DNA from: Sulfuriferula plumbiphila
GTDB taxonomy: Bacteria; Pseudomonadota; Gammaproteobacteria; Burkholderiales; Sulfuriferulaceae
Assembly (NCBI RefSeq): GCF_009938015.1
Contig: NZ_AP021884.1
Location: 2,504,585-2,544,584, forward strand
Direction: 5' to 3'
Length of the DNA: 40,000 nucleotides
In this document: one piece after another, positions 35,153-40,000 of the stretch
Layout of the letters: every line of letters begins with the position of its first letter
Numbering within the stretch: position 1 is the first letter of the stretch
Program-made: the position numbers and the translations under genes
The notes under the pieces: generated by a model
What the model saw: the letters and a program-made list of their open reading frames with translations, nothing else
What the model was told of the DNA's origin: nothing
Databases searched by the model: none

Positions 35153-35878
35153 CTATTTTTCCCCCGGGGAGCCCAGATGCCGGGTGATCAGGGTCGAAAG
35201 CTTGCGCATGACGAGATACCCGGAAGCCGGATCAGATTCGAGGACTTTCAGGGTTTCCTCGCCGTTCAGTCGCAGCAGAGCCGACTTTTCCAGGCAGGTA
35301 GCTTTGGCAATGCGGCGGGGTTGATGCTCGAGCAGCGCCGCCCAGCCGAACACCTCGCCTTTGCGCAGAACAAAACCGGCGGGGCTGGTACCATCGCGGC
35401 CAATGAGAAATTCGACGCGGCCAGATTCAAGAATATAGAGATCGTCAGTCGGATCACCGATGTTGTAGAGGGTGCTGCCGCTTTCGTATTCTTCGCGACA
35501 TGCGAGCTGATCAAGCCTTTGCAGCGTATCGTCAGAAATGTCCATAAACAACTGCGCCGCTTTCAGCGCGCTGGATTGCAGCACGAATATCTCACCATCC
35601 TCGACCTTGACTTCGTATTTTTCCAGAGGGGCTTCGGCGAGACCAAGCGCTTTCCCGGTAGTAATATCCCACTGCCATAAATGCTGGTGACAGGTGAGCA
35701 CCGCGCCATCATAATATCCTTCGGCCAGACAGACTTCCTGGTGGGGGCAAATGCCTTGATAAGCGTAATAGCAGTCTCCGGCGTTGGCGATCAGGACTTT
35801 CAGCCCACCTTCAATGTCATAGTCCTTCATCCCGTTGGTAGGAATTTCGGCCGAATTGCATATGCGTATCTTGCTCAT
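35153..35878 (-). CDS. fusion protein: Rieske [2Fe-2S] ferredoxin plus C-terminal cyclic-nucleotide-binding-like (CAP effector) domain
   Basis: The Rieske motif is C44-P-H46 ... C63-H-Q-H66 (CxH-x16-CxxH) within about 100 aa, the size of a ferredoxin. Residues about 105-235 show the cNMP-domain pattern (SGSTLYNIGDPTDDLYILESGRV ... GEVFGWAALLEHQPRRIAKATCLEKSALLRLNGEETL). Confidence 0.8.
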   Translation of the reverse strand: MSKIRICNSAEIPTNGMKDYDIEGGLKVLIANAGDCYYAYQGICPHQEVCLAEGYYDGAVLTCHQHLWQWDITTGKALGLAEAPLEKYEVKVEDGEIFVLQSSALKAAQLFMDISDDTLQRLDQLACREEYESGSTLYNIGDPTDDLYILESGRVEFLIGRDGTSPAGFVLRKGEVFGWAALLEHQPRRIAKATCLEKSALLRLNGEETLKVLESDPASGYLVMRKLSTLITRHLGSPGEK

Positions 35879-35887
35879 ACCGCATTC

Positions 35888-36925
35888 CTAACTGAATTTG
35901 TCATAGCAAATATTATCGGTGGTCAATCTCGCCTGTAGCAGTATGCGGACGGCAGCATCCACCATCGGTGGTGGGCCGGCGAGATAGGCCCTGACGTTTT
36001 GATAGCGGTCTTGCATATGACGTCCCGCTACCTCGTGCACAAAACCCTTGTCAAACGCCAGTTGCGGATAGTCAGCCAGGGCGGAGGCGGGTGCATCCTC
36101 TCTTGACAGGGCGATGGTTATATTCAGTTTGTCGCCGCACTGGGCGCGTAACTGGGAGAATTCATGGAGAAAAAAGGCGTCCTTCATTGTTTGCACCCCG
36201 AAGAACACATCACCCTTATATTGAGTGAAATAGCCGTCCTGCGCAGCCCGCGACAGAATGGACATCATTCCGGCGATGCCGCTGCCACCGGCGATACAAA
36301 GAATGTTTTTGGCCAGGCTCGGATAAAAAGTCGCGCGCCCCAAAGGACCGAATAGTTCAACTTCCACGCCCTCGCACTGGTTATTGAACAGCCATTCGGA
36401 AATACCTCCTCCGGGCTTTTTCTTGACAACAAAGTTGAGCGTTTCCGCATGACGCTGATAATTCACCATGGACCAGCCGCGAAAGCCTGCCACTCCGGGC
36501 ACCTGGATCATCACAAACTGGCCGGCGTCAAACTCCATCGCCTGGTTCAGGTCGATCTGGAGATGAATCACATCAGGAGTCAAAAGCTTTACAGAGCTTA
36601 TACGCCCGTTTATTGAGGCAGGCACACAGGCACCTGCACCCATGGTCTGGACAAAGCTTGACACTTCAATTGAGACGTCAGTTTTAGCTGTACACTGACA
36701 CATCAGAAACTCGTCCTGACCTTTCAGATACTTGCGCCCTGGAGCCTCGGGCCAGGGATCAGAAATCTCCCCTGAGATCAACCGGGCTTTACATGTTCCA
36801 CACGTTCCACTACCACATTCATAAGGCAGGTCGACAGCGCTACTCAACCCGGCATAGAGTATTTTTTTGCCATCAGCAGCATCAAAATGATGTGCCCGGT
36901 TTCTGGCGTTGAGCTGGATTTTCAT
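35888..36925 (-). CDS. oxygenase reductase component: plant-type [2Fe-2S] ferredoxin domain plus FAD/NAD(P)-binding FNR-like domains
   Basis: The N-terminal motif is CGSGTCGTCKARL ... C. There follow an FNR-like RxWS-type FAD region (FRGWSMVN) and the NAD loop CIAGGSGIAGM. The product is 345 aa. Confidence 0.88.
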   Translation of the reverse strand: MKIQLNARNRAHHFDAADGKKILYAGLSSAVDLPYECGSGTCGTCKARLISGEISDPWPEAPGRKYLKGQDEFLMCQCTAKTDVSIEVSSFVQTMGAGACVPASINGRISSVKLLTPDVIHLQIDLNQAMEFDAGQFVMIQVPGVAGFRGWSMVNYQRHAETLNFVVKKKPGGGISEWLFNNQCEGVEVELFGPLGRATFYPSLAKNILCIAGGSGIAGMMSILSRAAQDGYFTQYKGDVFFGVQTMKDAFFLHEFSQLRAQCGDKLNITIALSREDAPASALADYPQLAFDKGFVHEVAGRHMQDRYQNVRAYLAGPPPMVDAAVRILLQARLTTDNICYDKFS

Positions 36926-36949
36926 GGTGTTGTTCGGCGCAGGGGCTTA

Positions 36950-37411
36950 TCAGAATGGAATGTGAGAGCCGAAACCGAACAGCCGCGTATCAAGGCGGAT
37001 ATTGCGATCCAGCAATTTCGGGCCGCCGTCCCCAAGTGCGATAGTGTCGTAAACTTTACCCACCACAAACAGCTCGGTTGCACCGCCGTCAAGCGATGTC
37101 TTGAAGACCTGCAGCGCGCTGATCACTTTGGCTTGTTGCCTGGCTTCGTCGTGGTCAACTATATACACCGTGGCGTGACGGCTGAGCGGCGAATGGTCGC
37201 TGTTGTGCTTGGGTAGATTATCGAATAACGTCTTCATCCCCGCCTTGTCATGCTCAAGCCAGGTCATTTCTTTGCGGATTTCCGGACTGTAGGCGGTAAT
37301 GGCATAGTGAAACGCCGGATCGCACAATTCCAGGTAACCCGCAAAGTCCTTGGCGTCCAATGCAAGGCAAGATCGGTAAATTAGCTCATTGATAGATTGT
37401 TTGGGTTCCAC
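36950..37411 (-). CDS. aromatic-ring-hydroxylating oxygenase beta (small) subunit, NTF2-like
   Basis: The product is 153 aa with a typical N-terminal helix (INELIYRSCLALDAKDFAGYLELC) and lies directly downstream of the alpha subunit. The GTG start has AGAGGA 5 nt upstream. Confidence 0.85.
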   Translation of the reverse strand: MEPKQSINELIYRSCLALDAKDFAGYLELCDPAFHYAITAYSPEIRKEMTWLEHDKAGMKTLFDNLPKHNSDHSPLSRHATVYIVDHDEARQQAKVISALQVFKTSLDGGATELFVVGKVYDTIALGDGGPKLLDRNIRLDTRLFGFGSHIPF

Positions 37412-37459
37412 GCTAATCCTCTATAAAGTAATGAAATGAAAGTTTGCGAATAGATGCAC

Positions 37460-38668
37460 TCACGCCGCAGCGGAGTCCTCTTTTTTAACATAGGGATCGG
37501 ATGCCATGCGCCCCATGCGCTTGCTCCACTCGGCGTAAAAATGCCGCATTCCAATCTCATCGTGTATCGTCGAATTTTCTTCACGACCATGAATAACCCA
37601 TTTGCTGTCGGTACGCTCACGCATGGCCAGTCCCTGCCCATGCACCGCCAATAGATCTTCATGCAGGTTGCGACCGAACGGCCCCCATATCTGGTTGTGA
37701 TCGCGGATCCGCTCGGCGCGCTGCTCGGGCGTGTCGCTCTTCAGCCCCAGCCCGCGGAACTCGATAAGCAGTTTGTTCGGTCCCAAAGGAATGGCCGTGT
37801 CCATACGCAACACCGAGGTGCGCAGGTTGTAAGTCATGCCGGGGAAAATATCGATCAGTATCCAGCCACCTGGCGCCAACCCCGGCCAACCCACACCGCG
37901 CTCCTTGCTGCCTTCGTAAGCATCGTATTTGATCGCCATTGAACCCACTGACGCGTGACCATTCGGATAACCTGTGTACTTGCGATCAAAGTAGCCTGGT
38001 TGGATCATGCCAGTGATGCGGTTGAAGTAGTGTACGTAGTCATGATAGAACTCGCTGTTGGTGTCATGCCACAGCTTGTAATTGGTGTTGACGATCGCCT
38101 TGTGATAATGGATGACCTCCAAAGGCATGCTGAGATTCTCGTCCAGCATCCCCATCGCATCGCCTATGTATTCCTCCAGCGTGCAGCTATCATCATCCAC
38201 ATTTACCCAGACGAAGCCGCCGTAGCCGATTGCGCTTTTGACTTCGCGCAGACCAGCGTCCTTGCAGCCGAAGCGTTCTTGATAGCCTTCCTTGCCGCGG
38301 GTAATATCTATGCAATCCCCTTTGGGATTAAATGACCAGGCATGAAAAATACAGGTGATGCGTTTGGCGTTGCCGACGGGATCGTAGAGGAGCGTGTTGC
38401 CGCGGTGCGGACAGATGTTGTAGAAGCTGCGCACTTTCATGTCTTCGCCGCGAATAACGAAGATTGGCTCGCCACCCGGATGGCTGAAAGTCCGGTAATC
38501 GTAGGCGTTCGGCAGTTCCGATTCGTGACAGGCGATAATCCAGCACTTATTAAAAATCTTTTCCTGTTCCTCCCGGAAAATCTGTTCGTCGGTATAAATC
38601 CCGGTATCTACAAAATGAGTAGGAGGAAATTTTGGTCTTTCTTTCCATTCAATTTCAGTGCGCGACAT
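37460..38668 (-). CDS. Rieske non-haem-iron oxygenase alpha (large) subunit
   Basis: The start at 38668 has AAGGAG 8 nt upstream. The Rieske motif is CPHRG-x16-CIFHAW. The catalytic-domain His-rich segment is NSEFYHDYVHYF. The product is 402 aa. Confidence 0.9.
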   Translation of the reverse strand: MSRTEIEWKERPKFPPTHFVDTGIYTDEQIFREEQEKIFNKCWIIACHESELPNAYDYRTFSHPGGEPIFVIRGEDMKVRSFYNICPHRGNTLLYDPVGNAKRITCIFHAWSFNPKGDCIDITRGKEGYQERFGCKDAGLREVKSAIGYGGFVWVNVDDDSCTLEEYIGDAMGMLDENLSMPLEVIHYHKAIVNTNYKLWHDTNSEFYHDYVHYFNRITGMIQPGYFDRKYTGYPNGHASVGSMAIKYDAYEGSKERGVGWPGLAPGGWILIDIFPGMTYNLRTSVLRMDTAIPLGPNKLLIEFRGLGLKSDTPEQRAERIRDHNQIWGPFGRNLHEDLLAVHGQGLAMRERTDSKWVIHGREENSTIHDEIGMRHFYAEWSKRMGRMASDPYVKKEDSAAA

Positions 38669-38750
38669 TCTTTGGCTCCTTGGATACGTTAAGGAAAAAA
38701 CATCATAGCTATCAATGAGAGACGAATAAGCGTCGTCTATGCAGGCATAA

Positions 38751-38766
38751 AGCATAGTCTGTGCCA
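38751..38766 (-). promoter_or_regulatory. candidate sigma-54 (-24/-12) promoter of the oxygenase/ABC operon
   Basis: The minus strand reads TGGCACAGACTATGCT. TGGCAC is perfect and the GG-N10-GC spacing is exact. The predicted TSS near 38740 lies about 70 nt upstream of the alpha-subunit ATG. Confidence 0.5.
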
Positions 38767-39055
38767 GGTCGATTTAATTGGCTTCGTGTACAGCGCCACT
38801 AGCGTCACTGCCGTTATGGAAGATATCATCAGGCCAAAACGCGCCAAGTTGTTGCTACGTGTCATGACAGAGTGCGTCAAATCTGTAACAGCAACCCGCT
38901 TTATGGCGCGCCCGTGCCAGGATAGTTTGTAAGGTGTTTTTTTGGCATCACCACCACCATCATGAGGGTCGGAGTGCTGCCATGTCATGCATGTCTATGG
39001 CTCGCAAAGAAGCCATCCTTAATAAAATGCTGTTAACCAAACCACCGCCGATCAG

Positions 39056-39690
39056 TGCCCCGACTGTAGTGATCCCCACTTTCCGGACGGTGGTTTAAGA
39101 TGGTAGCCTGCTGTAAAAGGAGCAGGTGATGAGTGAGACGAAACGCAAAAATTCAGTGGTTAGTACTGTGGAGTCAAAACGGTAAACGAGATTGCCCCGA
39201 ATTTGGGGTACATCTGCCCCAAGTTGGGCTGTGTAAACAGGAACTGCCAGAACAGGCCTCATCCTTGTTTGACGTCAAGTGCAACCGCAGGCCAGTGGAA
39301 GACCGCCAGCACTGGGGCTGCCCACTTGATCCCTTGGTGCTGATCCGGCAATGTGAACAATCCGGCGGCGTCCGCTCCCGCGCCCATGCCCCGCATCTGG
39401 CCGCTGAACCAGACGAACAGCAATTGACGCTGCCGCGGGAGATCGACACCGAATACTCGCGTCACCCGTCCTATGGCAGCCCAAGATGAGCGTGTATCTG
39501 CGCAGCAAAGGGTATCAGATCAACCGCAAGCGGGTCGGCGACTGCTGGGTCGGTGTACTGAGAACTGGCAGGCATAGCACCGGGACCGATACCATGTCGC
39601 ATCCAGTACATCATGCTGTCCATCTGCATCCAAAACTTACCCATCTCAGCGTCGAACTTTGCCAGTATGCAAAATGAGAAGAATGCAAAA
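39056..39690 (+). pseudogene. degenerate IS3-family insertion sequence remnant (orfA plus the start of orfB, multiply frame-broken and internally deleted)
   Basis: It starts with TG(CCCC...), like IS3-family ends. The ATG at 39129 gives MSETKRKNS..., which stops after 18 codons. In other frames I read NEIAPEFGVH-PQVG--KQEL-EQASSLFD and REIDTEYSRHPSYGSPRMSVYLRSKGYQINRKRV. These match my recollection of IS3-family OrfA and OrfB N-terminal regions. Confidence 0.6.
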
Positions 39691-39698
39691 ATATTATT

Positions 39699-40000
39699 GA
39701 GATACTGCACTAGGGAAACTCTGCAAAACCCCCACTTCTGCGCCCCGCACCCGAGTCCATTGTGGCAATATTAAGCCCATGAAACAAACCACCCTGAATC
39801 TAGACCTCAGTCTCAAGCGCACGCGCAAGCGTGAATTTCTCGAGCAGATGGAACACGTCGTACCGTGGGCAGCGCTGGTCAAGCTGATTGCCCCGCACTA
39901 CCCCCAAGGCAACAACGGGCGTCCGCCGTTCCCGCTCGAAACCATGCTGCGCATCCACTTCATGCAGCAATGGTTCAGCCTGTCCGATCCGGGCATGGAA
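39699..40000 (+). mobile_element. IS5-family insertion sequence, left end and 5' part of the transposase (runs off the window)
   Basis: The ORF starting at the ATG at 39779 is open to the window end. Its product MKQTTLNLDLSLKRTRKREFLEQMEHVVPWAALVKLIAPHYPQGNNGRPPFPLETMLRIHFMQQWFSLSDPGME is a hallmark IS5-family transposase N-terminus. I only guessed the left boundary, from GAGATACTGC at 39699. Confidence 0.8.

Noticed and set aside
31262-35878. Calling the two CAP-like domains cAMP or cGMP receptors
   Set aside because: The phosphate-binding-cassette positions that define cyclic-nucleotide binding (FGE...R[ST]A) are replaced in both copies (FGW...R[IL]A). The fold assignment is reasonable, but the ligand cannot be inferred from sequence.
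26029-39690. The idea that the putative left IS3-like fragment and the right IS3 remnant (39056-39690) are two halves of one element split by an inversion of the intervening 13 kb
   Set aside because: - The orientations would fit.
- However, about 100 residues of the catalytic core would be missing between the two pieces.
- The left fragment itself is doubtful, and the terminal sequences do not obviously match.
1-40000. A search for tRNA, rRNA, CRISPR arrays, integrase/att sites or toxin-antitoxin pairs
   Set aside because: - I saw no cloverleaf-like or rRNA-like segments.
- I saw no regularly spaced direct repeats beyond the REP pair and the 10-bp promoter repeats.
- I saw no tyrosine or serine recombinase motifs in any frame I read.

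Overview
This 40-kb window looks like part of a GC-rich proteobacterial methylotroph genome and falls into three parts. I judged composition by eye and did not compute it.

(1) nt 1-25050 is the classical tetrahydromethanopterin (H4MPT)/methanofuran (MFR) formaldehyde-oxidation island:
- Core pathway genes are fae, mtdB, mch, fhcBADC and mptG.
- Conserved accessory genes are two ATP-grasp genes, a RimK-like ligase, and CitG-like, HisA-like, DUF447, flavoprotein and DHPS-like genes.
- Methanofuran genes are mfnB and an mfnA-like decarboxylase, plus kinase-like, hydantoinase-like and ATP-grasp candidates.
- pabB, a histidine phosphatase and canonical folP are also present.
- A 5'-truncated sigma-54 enhancer-binding protein sits at the left edge.
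- Genes are tightly coupled, with many ATGA-type overlaps.
- The mptG/fhcB divergent intergenic region carries two good back-to-back -24/-12 (sigma-54) promoter matches.

(2) nt ~25050-39050 is visibly lower in GC and looks accessory:
- At its left end are a TauE/SafE-type membrane protein, a GNAT acetyltransferase and an amidohydrolase_2 protein.
- A long minus-strand operon encodes a three-component Rieske oxygenase (alpha, beta, Fd-FNR reductase, Rieske ferredoxin).
- The same operon encodes a NitT/TauT-type ABC importer with two substrate-binding proteins, two permeases and two ATPases.
- The most unusual point is that closely related, non-canonical cyclic-nucleotide-binding-like (CAP effector) domains are fused to both the Rieske ferredoxin and one ABC permease.
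- The operon has a strong sigma-54 promoter match, but no activator gene lies within the island.

(3) nt 39056-40000 holds a frame-broken IS3-family remnant interrupted or abutted by the start of an IS5-family element that runs off the window.

I saw no rRNA, tRNA or CRISPR array.
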